DNA of 64,000 bases from Somniosus microcephalus (taxonomy: Eukaryota). The notes under the pieces are model-generated. The model ran no database searches and was not told the DNA's origin. It saw only the letters and a list, made by a program, of their open reading frames with translations. A program made the translations under genes and the position numbers. The stretch covers positions 367,412,001-367,476,000 of the forward strand of contig CM126202.1 of assembly GCA_052327205.1 (NCBI GenBank), read 5' to 3'. This document shows, in pieces, positions 25,635 to 37,700 of this stretch. Numbering within the stretch: position 1 is the stretch's first letter; every line of letters starts with the position of its first letter.

Positions 25635-26530
25635 TCTGCCTCCAGATCCCTCTCACTGCAAAGGCCAAAAGCTTAGCCATCTGCAGAAGAAGCAAGGCTT
25701 CTTGCAGACCTTAAATGCAGCAGCAATGATGACGTCATCGGAGGCGAGTTTCGGACTGAATAAACTAATTGGGCCATGGGTTCCCACACGCTGGAACTGA
25801 ATTGCCCAATTATGTGAAAATCACATCAATCTCCCACATCGATTTGGAATCAGGTGGATAACACGAAAAGCGAAGGACATGACCCCAGCCCGCCCCATGA
25901 CAAAATCCAGCCCACAGTGTCTTTAATGTAATAAAATATCCCAAGGCGCTTCATAGAGTAAGATCAATTATCAGAATATATCCAATTTGGAAGAAACTTC
26001 CTTAGACTAAGAACTATGTAAGGAAATTAGATTTTTTTTTGCTTGTGAAAATGTTTCAAATTAAAGAAAAACATTTATTGAAATAATTAGTGATTTGATT
26101 TTACTGACCAGTAAGTGGAGCAGGCTCGAAGGGCCGAATGGCCTACTCCTGCTCCTATTTCTTATAACCAGGAAAATGGCCATCTCAGTGGGATGTGAGA
26201 AGAGGGGGGAGGATAGCAATTCTTTGTTTTTTTTTTAATTGCCCTATTTATATATAAAACAGATTATTGGTGATAGAATCGCAATATTAGCAAAATGTAC
26301 CAGCAGACTACCAAGACTATTTCTACCTTTCCATTAAAGAAAGCAGCCTGAGATTCACCTGGTCTGCAGTTAGCACTGTCTGATTACCCTGAGCTCCATG
26401 AGACATCATTTCACCATCCAAAACTCTACAGCATTGTGGGTCACAGCTCCCTGGTGATAAAGGTGAGTAGAAACATTTCTGAGGTTGGATCAGAGGATTG
26501 TGTTATTATGTGCACGACTTAAGATCTTAT

Positions 26531-27227
26531 AGCCTAGAAATTGAGTGGGGTTAGCGCCCAATTAGAGGCGCTAGAGGGCCTTGCGCCGGAATTATAGCCG
26601 CTTCGGAAATTGATTTGGGCCCTACCATCGGCGTTAGCCGGTAGCGCTGCGCCGGCACCGATGACGTCATCGGTGTGCGCAGCGTCCCGGTTGCCGTGGT
26701 AACGCGGCCGGACGCCGAAATTCAGTTGCGACCGCCTCGCCCGTGGCAGCCGCAACCAACGATTTTTCAAAAGTTTCTTGCTGGACTTAGCGCCGGCGCA
26801 TTAAGGTGGCGCGGCGGCCGGCCGCTTTCCCGGCGGCCGCCTGCCCGCACCTCCCTCCCCGGACTCCTCCACCACCCCCCCGCGGCACAGATGTGTGTGG
26901 GCCTCGAGCCCGGCACTTCTTCGAGGTGCCGGGCTCATTTTTCGTGCGATTCCACCGGCCAGCGGTCGGCTGCAGGCAGCTCCTCCTTAACAGAAGGAGG
27001 AGGCCTGCAGTACCCCAGCCTGCCGCACCGCATCGGGTGCCGCAGCGGGGGATTAGCGCCGCAATCCTGCATTCGGCGGCCATTGCGAGGCGCTGACACC
27101 CTCCATTAGCGCCCGCAGCCGTCTGGGCGCGGCGCAGCTGAATTTTTGGCGGGCGCAGTGGCAATTAACGCTGGCGCTAAATTTTGGGCGCTACAGCCCT
27201 GGCGGAGGCAAACTCAATTTCTAGGCC
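26531..27227. mobile_element. GC-rich Harbinger-type MITE, family A
   Basis: TIR agcctagaaattgag / ctcaatttctaggcc, TSD tat. Internal homology to 44448-45157 and 58812-59521. Confidence 0.92.
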
Positions 27228-27959
27228 TATATCTCACAAGTGCCAAAGCGAACTTTTTCATGACTGGAATAACTTTCACTTCTTAAGTTCTTCATTGAGT
27301 GTTGTAGTTGTGACACACATTTTAACAATTTTGTTTTTTAAAAAGAATTTTAATTTGTTTGTGTTTTCATTTTAATTCTTAGTTAAAACTTATCATAACC
27401 ACAGAAAACATTTTAATAGTCTTTATCAGATCACATGAAATACCTATGCCCTGATTTCCTTAGATGAAGAATTAAGTTCATTGACTGCTCTCGACCAATA
27501 TTAAGGCATAGTATCATAAAGTTTCAGAGATAGGACAAGGCTGTTGTTCTGTGCTGCTATGAACAATAAAAAAGGAGGCTAAATTCCTTCGGCCATTCCA
27601 CTAGACTCCCACTATAAGTCCAGTGGAAGTCCGACAGAATGAGTTGAAAAAAACTACAAAACACAGATATACTGGGCAAAGTACTAAGCTTCACCCCCAT
27701 CATGATGAGGCCAGGCATGTCAGAGAGGGGCAGAGTCAGGAGTAAGGACTCCTTGTGCTGGAAATTTACACTTCCCCACCCCATAAGGGACCTGGTATAA
27801 GACTGAAAGATACTACACGGAGCCAGATGAAGTGTACCGACCTCTAGAGCTGTGGAAGTTGACACTACTGTGGGTTCTGGCCCAGGGAATCTAACTGGAA
27901 CCTTCTGAAAATGGGGAAATGTATTCCTTTCAGAAATTCTTTTATCAACCCCCTTACAC

Positions 27960-28850
27960 AGCAGCCACTGGACGTTAAGGGGAAGTGATTGGGCTCTCTT
28001 TTGTTGGAGACGGTCATTGCCAGACACTTGAATTGTGCAAATGTTACTTGCCACTTATCAGCTCAAGCCTGGATGTTGACCAGTTCTTGCTGCATGCAGG
28101 CATAGGCTGCTTCATTATTTGAGGAATTGTTAATGGAGTTGAACACTGTTCAATCATCAGCAAACATCTCCACTTCTGGCTGTATAATGGAGGGAAGGTC
28201 ATTGATGAAGCAGCTGAACACAATTGGGTTTAGGGTGATGCCCTGAGGAACTCCTGCAGCAATGTCTTGTGGCTGAGATGATTTGCCTCCAAAAACAACC
28301 ATCTTCCTTTTGTGCCAGGTAAGGCTCTAGCCATTGTAGCATTTCCCCCTGATTCCCATTAACTTCAGTTCTACTAGGGCTCCTTGGGGCCACACTTGGT
28401 TGAATGCTGCCATGATGCCAAGGACAGTCATTATTATCTCACCTCTGGAATTCAGCTCTTGTGTCTATGTTTGAAAAAAGGCTGAACATAGGAACAGGAG
28501 TAGGCCATTGAGCCCCTCAAGCCTGTTCCACCATTCAATGAGATCATGGCTGATCTGCGACCTAACTACATATACACGCCTTTGGCCCATATCCCTTAAT
28601 ACCTTTGGTTAACAAAAAGCTATCAATCTCCGATTTAAAATTAATGAGGTCTAAAGCTGGGTAGCCCTGGCGGAACCCAAACTGAGCATTGCTGAGCAGG
28701 TAATTGGTGAGTAAGTGCCACTTGATAGCGTTGATGATTACTTATTTCATCACTTTGCGAATGATAGGCTGACAGGGTGGTAATTGACTGGATTGCATTT
28801 TCCTGCTTTTTGTGGACAGGAGATACCTGGACAATTTTCCACTTGTGTTC
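27960..28850 (-). mobile_element. Decayed CR1-group LINE RT fragment with a CR1 3' tail nested at ~28485-28643
   Basis: WKIVQVSPVHKK and GVPQG-like remnants on the minus strand. The nested piece is the reverse complement of the tail at 13760-13915. Confidence 0.7.
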
Positions 28851-29219
28851 CATTTGGTGTAAAAAGTGGTGTGGAGAGCATGCAAGTAGTTTGAGGAGCC
28901 AAAGTGAGCAAGTGAACAAACAAGCAATAATTCTGTGAGTGAAAGAAAGCATTGGCCTTTGTCTGTAATGAAGTTGGGACAGAACCTTCACTGAGGTAGT
29001 GGTGAGGGAATGCTAGATGTGAGGGCTGTAGCCCAATACTTTGTTGGCTGCATTTTTAGAGTGGCAACATGATGTAGGATGATTGCTTGGTGGAAGCATA
29101 TAGTGTTCTGGACCCTCTGGTGGTAGCTATCGTATAGCAGTGACATTCTGGACATTTTTACATGCAGATAGCACCCTCTGGTGGTGGTTATTGTGTTAGC
29201 AGTGTGTTTGTATGAAACA

Positions 29220-29359
29220 GAGGTCATTTGGCCTTTGTTCCTTTCTTCCTGTGTGAGGTCATTTGACCTTTGTTCCTTTCTTCCTGTGTGAGGTCATTTG
29301 ACCTTTGTTCCTTTCTTCCTGTGCGAGGTCATTTGACCTTCGTACCTTTTTTCCTGTGC
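29220..29359 (+). repeat. 35-bp tandem repeat x4 in the 5' LTR (x3 at 33411-33515 in the 3' LTR)
   Basis: Unit gaggtcatttgacctttgttcctttcttcctgtgt. Confidence 0.92.
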
Positions 29360-29951
29360 GACTCAGGACGCAGAATCCCAGGAAGTAGAATTCCAGGAAG
29401 AACCTGGCAGTAATGGAGAATTCCATGAGGGTTTCACAATCCAATGTAATCTGATTTCGTTTGTTAGGCCAAGCGCAATATCTGTGAGTATCTTTGTTTG
29501 TTAGCATAATAGCAACATTGTCAGAGTAGTATTTTGACAATAATATGTTTATAAAAGGTTAATATTTGATAGTTACAGAAGTTAGTCCAAATGTTAGTTA
29601 GTTATACAATTAGTCTATTCTACTGTTGTAAATATGTTTATATCTTATGTAATATCGAATGTATAGTACTCAGTTTATGTACAAAACATACTTTATCTTT
29701 GTTTACAGTTTCACAAATTTGTTCAAGTAAAGGCTTCAAACAGCAAACAGCTTCACGAAGAATTATTTTGAATAAGTGTTTAACTTGCTGAATAACTAGA
29801 TAGGAGCACGTCTAGCGCGGCCAGTACAGTGAAAAGATATTAGTGAAAAGATATCAGTGAAAAGATAGCAATACGGCTAGCTGTGACGAGCGGAGAAGGA
29901 GGAACCCAGTGTAAGCCTTAACCTCGTAGAACACACCTACCTCACATCAAC

Positions 29952-32240
29952 ATGTCAGAAGATAATAACGAAAATGCTTTGCAGCGAGGAGAAGACCTTA
30001 AACAGGCAGACAAAACTGTAGAAGGTGACAATCGGTCTATAATCTCCGGTTACGTCAGATCGCAAGCTGGTTCACGGTCATCGGGTGGTTCTAGAGTAAG
30101 CGTGACCATCGCCAGAGCACGAGCTAAGCTAATGGCAGCTCAAGCCAGAGCTGCGCATGTGAACAGTGAAATAGAAATAAAAGTAAGACAGGCCCGTCTC
30201 CAAGCTGAATCCCAAGCCGAACAGGCCCGACTCCAAGCCGAACAGACCCGTCTTCAAGCTGAATCACAAGCCGAACAGGCCCGACTCTACGCTGAATCAC
30301 AAGCCGAACAGGTCCGATTCCAAGCCGAACAGGCCCGTCACCAAGTTGAACACCAGGCTGAACAGGCCCGTCACCAAGTTGAACGCCTGGCTGAACAGGC
30401 CCGCCTCCAAGCCACATTAGACGCTCTGCAGCAACAAAAAGAGATAGATGCTGCATTCGCCGAGACACAAGTATTCGAGGCAATTTTGGAGGGAGCTGAT
30501 CCCGAGACAGCTTACAAACCTTTAATTCCCGTTTCATGGCAGAGTCCACGACAGCGCACCATAGATTACGTGAGCGACCATGCCGACATACAGTTTACAG
30601 GAGAAAGGGATGGAGGCCCGCACATCTCTACAGACGCAAGCACTTCGTATAACATGCCACAAGTTGCCAATCAAGGTCAAAGCAGACGGCGTGCCTCAAG
30701 CCACAGAGCCTGCCCCAGCAGAACGGAAGACACGGTGCAGAGGAATAGGACGCCGAATAGTGAAAGTCAGAGGCAAATCCCCTCTCGGTTCCTTGAGACC
30801 CCCAACAGAGCCCCTAGCCAAGGCAACCCTGGCACATGTCCCAGCACCTACGACCTTGCCAATTACCTTGCACGCACCCAGCTGGTGACTTCGGGATTAA
30901 TTAAGTTTGATGACAGGCCGGAGAATTATCGGGCTTGGAAGTCCTGCTTCCACGATGCCATCTCGAGCTTAGATCTGTCAGCAGGAGAAGAGCTCGGCCT
31001 CCTTATCAAATGGCTCGGCCCAGAGTCCGCCGGACAGGCCTGCAGGATAAAAGCAGCCAATGTGGGACAGCTGCCAGAGGGGTTGAAGAAGGCTTGTGCG
31101 AGGCTGGAAGAAAGCTACGGCTCGCCCGAAGCCATTGAATGGGCTCTCTTTGACAGGTTGGAGAACTTTCCGAGGTTGACGAGTAAGGAACCCCAGAAGC
31201 TCCGCAACCTTGGAGATCTGCTGTCGGAACTCGAAGCCGCAAAGCAGGACGGCTACCTACCCGGTCTATCGTACTTAGACACTTCCAGAGGGGTAAGTCC
31301 CATCATCGAGAAGCTTCCATTTAACCTGCAGGAGAAGTGGATAACGTTTGGATCAAAGTTCAAGCTAAAGCACAACGTGGCGTTCCCACCATTCTCTGCG
31401 TTCGTTAAATTCATCCGTAAAGAAGCCAAAGCAAGGAACGACCCCAGATTCAACTTCTTCTCCGCCCACCCAGCACTTGCCAGAAGAGACAAGTTCGACA
31501 GACATGGAAAGATACCAATATCTGTCCACAAAATGCAAGTGTCCTCAACTGAGCACACAAAGATTCAGAAGAAACCTGAGGATATGAACAAACAATGCCC
31601 TATCCACAACAAGCCCCATCCTTTAAAGAAGTGCAGAGGCTTCGGGGAGATGTCCCTGGAAGATCGGAAACAATATCTTAAAGAGAACTCTATATGTTTC
31701 AAGTGCTGCTCTTCCACGATCCATCTCGCCAAGAACTGCAAGGTAGATGCAAAATGCACAGAAGGCGAAAGTGATCAGCACATTTCAGCACTACACCAAG
31801 GCCCAGCTCCTTGGGAGTCAGAGACGCCTCCTCCCGCTTCAGAGCACGGCGGGGAGAGAGAGGGAGCTGCTGGTCTGGAGATTACATCCAGGTGCACCGA
31901 GGTGTGTGGAGAAGGAGTGAGCGCAAGAGCATGCTCCAAGATATGCCTCGTTAATGTGTACCCTGTAGGACGTCGCACACTAGAGAACAAGCCATCTCAG
32001 GTGAGCACACTCAAGACTTCCATCTTGGAGAATGGTCGCCCAAGCTACCTTACCCCATGCAGTAGTCAGATCCGCGTGGTGTTTGACTCCAGTGCACCAT
32101 ATCAGGGAGTCTCTCTCAACGACGTACTCCTCACAGGGCCCGATCTCAACAACAGCCTCTTGGGAGTGCTCATGAGATTCAGGAAAGAGCCGTCGTCATC
32201 ACTGTCGATATCCAACACATGTTTCATTGCTTCGTGGTGA
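29952..32240 (+). CDS. BEL Gag, open, fused in frame to deleted pol remnants
   Basis: 762-aa ORF with EQARLQAESQA repeats, FDDRPENYRAWK capsid-like region, Cys/His knuckles (CPIHNKPHPLKKC, CFKCCSSTIHLAKNC), then jumps into RT motifs. Confidence 0.85.
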   Translation: MSEDNNENALQRGEDLKQADKTVEGDNRSIISGYVRSQAGSRSSGGSRVSVTIARARAKLMAAQARAAHVNSEIEIKVRQARLQAESQAEQARLQAEQTRLQAESQAEQARLYAESQAEQVRFQAEQARHQVEHQAEQARHQVERLAEQARLQATLDALQQQKEIDAAFAETQVFEAILEGADPETAYKPLIPVSWQSPRQRTIDYVSDHADIQFTGERDGGPHISTDASTSYNMPQVANQGQSRRRASSHRACPSRTEDTVQRNRTPNSESQRQIPSRFLETPNRAPSQGNPGTCPSTYDLANYLARTQLVTSGLIKFDDRPENYRAWKSCFHDAISSLDLSAGEELGLLIKWLGPESAGQACRIKAANVGQLPEGLKKACARLEESYGSPEAIEWALFDRLENFPRLTSKEPQKLRNLGDLLSELEAAKQDGYLPGLSYLDTSRGVSPIIEKLPFNLQEKWITFGSKFKLKHNVAFPPFSAFVKFIRKEAKARNDPRFNFFSAHPALARRDKFDRHGKIPISVHKMQVSSTEHTKIQKKPEDMNKQCPIHNKPHPLKKCRGFGEMSLEDRKQYLKENSICFKCCSSTIHLAKNCKVDAKCTEGESDQHISALHQGPAPWESETPPPASEHGGEREGAAGLEITSRCTEVCGEGVSARACSKICLVNVYPVGRRTLENKPSQVSTLKTSILENGRPSYLTPCSSQIRVVFDSSAPYQGVSLNDVLLTGPDLNNSLLGVLMRFRKEPSSSLSISNTCFIASW

Positions 32241-33252
32241 GAAAAGACCACAGAGACCTCCTCCGCTTCCTGTGGTATTGGGACAATGACCCCAATAGAG
32301 ACATTGTGGACTACAGAATGCGTGTCCATGTCTTTGGGAATAGCCCATCCCCTGCTGTCACCATATACGGACTAAGGAGGGCTGCCAAGGAAGAAGACGA
32401 CGACTTTGGCAGTGATGTGAGAGGGTTCATCGAATGAGAGTTCTATGTCGACGGCACACTGAAGTCATTCCCGACCGAAGCAGAGGCCATCAGTACCCTC
32501 GGACGAGCCCAGGAACTACTTGCACTATCCAACCTCAGGCTGCATAAGATAGCCTCTAATAGACCAGCAGTGATGGAGGCATTCCCCCCTGAAGATTGTG
32601 CTAAGGACGTCAAAGACCTAGACCTCTTCACTGATGACCTCCCCTTACAGCGTAGCCTAGGGGTGTCATGGAACATAGCAACAGGCACGTTCACGTTCCA
32701 AGTCTTAGACGTCAAGAAACCCTTCACACATAGAGGAGTGCTCTCTACAGTCAACAGCCTATACGACCCTCTTGGCTTCTTAGCCCCTGTCACCATACAA
32801 GGCAGGCAGCTCCTCAGGGAACTCTGCACACGTGCTGAAGAGTGGGATTCACCTCTCCCCGAAGAGATGGAAGCAGAGTGGGACAGATGGAGAGACTCAC
32901 TCCAAGACTTACAGGAGATCCGAATACCTCGCTGCTATTTGTCTTTCTCTCCCTTAAATGCCCAATTCAAAGAGCTTTGCATCTTTGCAGACACATCCAC
33001 TAAGGTCATTGCAAGTGTGGCTTATCTGAAGGTCACCACTCAAGAAGGACAAAGCAAAATCGGCTTCATCTTTGATAGAGGCAAGTTGGCACCCCAGCCA
33101 GACCTCACCATACCCAGATTGGAACTGTGCATAGCAGAACGCAACCTGCCCCCTCACAGCAGTCTACAGAAGCTTCATCCTATCATTGACACTGATGGAC
33201 CATCTCTGAGGTGGTTCTTCTTTTGTCGCCAGAGGACTCCAGTAACAAGTAG
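32070..33252 (+). pseudogene. BEL pol remnant (RT, RNase H, integrase C-terminal tip)
   Basis: YVDD reads YVDG, RNase H FADTST. Sequence jumps from PRLELC to LQKLHPIIDTDG and then to ISEVVLLL. No integrase core. Confidence 0.85.
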
Positions 33253-34039
33253 AGTTCAGACTATGTGGAGTCGTTAACGACCCCAGACGGGGAGTGTTCT
33301 GGACCCCCTGGTGGTAGCTATCGTATAGCAGTGACATTCTGGACATTTTTACATGCAGATAGCACCCTCTGGTGGTGGTTATTGTGTTAGCAGTGTTTCT
33401 GTATGAAACAGAGGTCATTTGACCTTTGTTCCTTTCTTTCTGTGTGATGTCATTTGACCTTTGTTCCTATCTTCCTGTGAGAGGTCATTTGACCTTCGTA
33501 CCTTTCTTCCTGTGTGACTCAGGAAGCAGAATCCCAGGAAGTAGAATTCCAGGAAGAACCTGGCAGTAATGGAGAATTCCAAGAGGGTTTCACAATCCAA
33601 TGTAATCTGATTTTATATGTCAGGCCAAGCACAATATCTGTGAGTATCTTTGTTTGTTAGCATAATAGCAACGTTGTCAGAGTAGTATTGTGACAATAAT
33701 ATGTTTATAAAAGGTTAATATTTGATAGTTACAGAAGTTAGTCCAAATGTTAGTTATACAATTAGTCTATTCTACTGTTGTAAATATGTTTATATCTTAT
33801 GTAATATCGAATGTATAGTACTCAGTTTATGTACAAAACATACTTTATCTTTGTTTACAGTTTCACAAATTTGTTCAAGTAAAGTCTTCAAACGGCAAAC
33901 GGCTTCACGAAGAATTATTTTGAATAAGTGTTTAACTTGCTGAATAACTAGATAGGAGCACATCTAGCGCGGCCAGTACATATAGTATAGACATTCCTTT
34001 CCCCTCAGTGCCCAGCATTTATTGAAATGTATTTTGCTA

Positions 34040-34545
34040 CTCTTTCACTCTGGTAAGACCTCACCTTGACTACTGCATCTCGCCAACCAGAAAAAAGAAA
34101 GACATTCAAGCACTGGAGACCATGCAAAGAAGAGCCACGAGGCTGATCCCCAGTGGCAGCCGTCTGAGTTATGAGGAAAATTTGAAGAAACCTGAGCTTG
34201 TCAACCTAGAAAGAAAACATCTGACAGGTAGTCTTATGGAAGTATATAAGGTTGCTAAGAGAATAAATAAAGTAAATCTAGAATATTACTTTACATTAAG
34301 TTGTGGGAATAGAACAAGGAGACACAGGTTAAAACTAGGAAAATGTAACTTTAGGCTTGGTATAAGGATATTCTTCTTCACAAAAGTCAGCAACATATGG
34401 AATACACTTCCAATAGAGTAGCGGAAGCAAAAACCCTGGAATTATTTAAGAAACAATTGGATGCTACAAGGGGGACCTTTGCTCTGCTTCTGGATGGATG
34501 AACTAAGATTGGGTGAATTGCCTTCTTCATTCATAATTATCTTGC
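34040..34545 (+). mobile_element. Old CR1 LINE 3' fragment
   Basis: QRRATRLIP...LSYEE.L...RTRRHRLKL...WNTLP. Confidence 0.75.
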
Positions 34546-34564
34546 AATCACAAAGGCAATTTAT

Positions 34565-34760
34565 GTTGGCCAACCATTCACCTGTGAAGGACACCACAGT
34601 TATACCTGATTATCCATTTGAGTGACCCCCCACACATATATTCCTGGGTCACTGGATTTTAATCAAGAATGGAAACCCTGGCTGAGTTCCCCCTTTCTAG
34701 CCGAGGGCACTGCAAAGTATAGCTGCCCTAGCTTAGCATAGACCAACAATCGAAGCTGGA
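34565..34760 (-). mobile_element. Ancient SINE body (AmnSINE2-like, from recall)
   Basis: Minus strand reads ggctagaaagggggaactcagccagggtttcc...atccagtgaccc, resembling my recollection of the AmnSINE2 core. Not database-checked. Confidence 0.45.
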
Positions 34761-37700
34761 AGATCAGCAATAGTTAACAGTCCATTTAATTCATGCTGTG
34801 CTCTCAGTTTGCTATGATATTTAAGACTTAGTATCAATCTCATCAATGTGATTTTCAGAGTACAATACATTCTGTATTTGTAAGATATTGAATTCTATGT
34901 TGTTGCAGAAACAATAGGAAAGCTCTGCTATGTACTTGGGATTTTAGTTTTACCATGCAGCAAAATTTATAGCTTCCCTTCTTCCCTCATTCACTTCAGA
35001 AGCAAACTCAAACTTCGAGGCTGGCAGTTCTGAGAAATGAGGACACAGAGAAGTAAACCAGAATCTAAAGACATGTTGCACTGATTTCTATTATCTTGAA
35101 TAATGACGGATATAATTCACTCAATTGGAGAAATCTGTGGAAAATTAGTTTAAAATCAGTTGAGTCTTATGTAAAAATATGCAGGACAATGCAGCTAAAT
35201 TTTCCCATATTCTCAGCAAGCAATAAAAATCTCTCAAGCATCTCTTTCCAAAACAAACAAAGCCAAAGTATTATAAATAGATTTTTTAAATAAGCACTGA
35301 TTCTTCAAACTTAGCAAATATATTTGTTGTTAATTTTTCTAGCTTATGATTCCAGTGAGAGGAAATATCTTGTGCACTTGTATATTGCATCACTGCATTT
35401 GATACTTTCATTAGGGTAAATGATCATTTCAAAGATTACAATGACTCGGAGTTTGGAATTTGCTTTAATTTTATTGATGATTGTGAACTAGGATCATCCT
35501 GTTAGAAGCATATTAGAACAGCCACTCAATGCAAACGTTTTTGGTATTAAGAAGGACTTTTGACATTATTAGCGCTAAATCACATTTAGCACAGTGAACT
35601 GATCGCAGGTGCAATGCGTTGGTGTGCCAGTGCAAAATGACCATTTATTAAGGAGAAAAACTGAGATCTCATGTACCACCATTGTACACATGTATGATAC
35701 GGCACTACTGAATAAAACTGTAGATGGATAACAAGAGATGAAAAACATGGACTATAAGATATTTCACTGAGCAAGAACTAATTGCAGTTGTCCCTTGATG
35801 CAACATATTGTTTTGGATGCAACATTATTTTTGTTCAGCCTTTAATCATGTTCAGCTTTAAACTACAACTCGTTTAAACTGTGTTTCAGCTTTAAAATGT
35901 AAAATCAATAACACCTTATTTATGTGTGGGTGGATCTGCTATTCAATGTCATGATTCATCAATTACAATGGGTACTTATTTGCCCACTACAATTGATCAA
36001 CTGCTTTGAAAACCAAGCTTTAAATCTTCAATTCCACTGGTAATTTTTCTTGCAGAAATGCAGAAAGTATTAACATCAGTCATTCATTTTTTTAAGAAAA
36101 CGAATTGTTCATTACCCAGCAAGCACTCCAACATCTCGAGAACTGATACAGATTTCAACAAAAAAAAAGCCAGATCTACACTGAAACATCTCACTTACCA
36201 TTTTATTAATTTAACTGTTCATTTAACTGTGCAGTTAAATTGCCAGACAACTAATCAGGAGCATGCTTTCCCCTTTTGCAAGCAGGCACTCCAGCTCAGT
36301 GCTCTTCCCACTGCCCGAGTACATTCCACCCATCAGATGATAACTTTGAGAGATGAACAGTGGGGAAAGTGATATCTGATAGCGAGACCCCTGCTTCTGA
36401 AAACGATTTGCTCAGATTGTACTTCTGCAATGGCTGGCCTGTCAAATCACAGTGAATTGTAAAACGGTGGCGCAGTTTGTGGTGTTTGGGTAGGAATTGT
36501 GTAAAAAGCCTTTCTTAACAATTGAATCCTATGGATAGAAACTGCAAGCTCAGAAGTACGAGATGCTTTAAAAACTGATGGGATTTTAAATAAAATTGCC
36601 AAAATACGATTGGGGTGGTTGATGGCAATTAGCAAGCTCCCACTACTTGCACTTTCCGCTTAAACCAATCAGTTGGCCAGTAAAACAATGCAACCTAAAC
36701 CACATGTGGAAAATATTTGAAATGCAACCCCGATTCATGGGGATAAGTTAGAGCTCATGTATGTAACACTACTTTTCCTTCGCTCTTCGGTACAGAGGGG
36801 CAGCTTTATTGGACATCTATCACTCAGCACTGCCTACACTTATTTAAGTTCGCTGGAGAGGTTCTAACTGGCTCGCATCACCAGTTGCACACAGACATAG
36901 AATTATCCACTGTAATTATAGCTAATCTACCTGTGGTTACGACAAGTATTGCTACCAAAAGCTTTGAAACTATTGGTTCTTTCCAGGCACTAGGATGTAA
37001 TTCTGCACGGATCTCTCATGTCCAATTGTACAAAGGCAGTCATTAACACACTGCTCAAGAGCTTCGGAAATTATACATTTCTTAAGCAGAGGAGCAGTTA
37101 GCTGCTCAGCCCAGGTTTCTTGGCAAGAGCACTTGGTGCCATGAACTGCATACATTTGCAGGGCATTGATAATGCTCAGAATATCATTACATGTGTATAT
37201 GCCAACAAGCTCAATATATGTTTCACCCCTTCTGCCTCAATCTGCTGAGCTTAGAATGCTTGTGAGAGATGCTAGTTTACAAGGATAGCTATCGAGAGAC
37301 TGTGAATACGAAATTAAGTCACAGAGGAGGAATCCACTACATAACCTTTGTTAAGTGCTTGCAAAGAGCTTGTATAATGAGCTGCCTAAAACTACACATT
37401 CCGTTAGTTAATGAAAGATATTTGTAATGCTGAAGTACACTTCAGTTCTTTTGACTGGTTGAGAGGTGCTATTCAGGATACTCTGCAATCGGTGTTCAAC
37501 ACGTTTCTCTGTTGAGTGCTGGTTATTGCTTGATATGCCCATAGAGCATAGCACCTCTTTGATCTGCCTGAGGAAAGACTGTGTGCTTTTTCAGTGTTGG
37601 CAGCTTAACAATATATTTGCTGGGACAAAGTAATAACAGCAAATCGTATCAAGGGTCTCTTTCCTGGGAAAAGAAAGCATACTATTTTGTGAAAGAACAG

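Larger units (their letters stand above)
21666..25913. mobile_element. PIF/Harbinger transposon copy 3, full length, inverted relative to copy 2
   Basis: TIRs gggctggaattt / aaaatccagccc, imperfect TSD ata/aca inside an L2/SINE-type tail. High end-to-end reverse-complement similarity to 8859-13023. Confidence 0.95.
29104..33980 (+). mobile_element. BEL/Pao LTR retrotransposon, internally deleted
   Basis: TG...CA LTRs 29104-29828 (725 bp) and 33295-33980 (686 bp), TSD tatag. BEL-type motifs RVVFDSS, SLNDVLLTGPDL, VHVFGNSPSP, YDPLGFLAPV, TIPRLELC. Confidence 0.95.
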
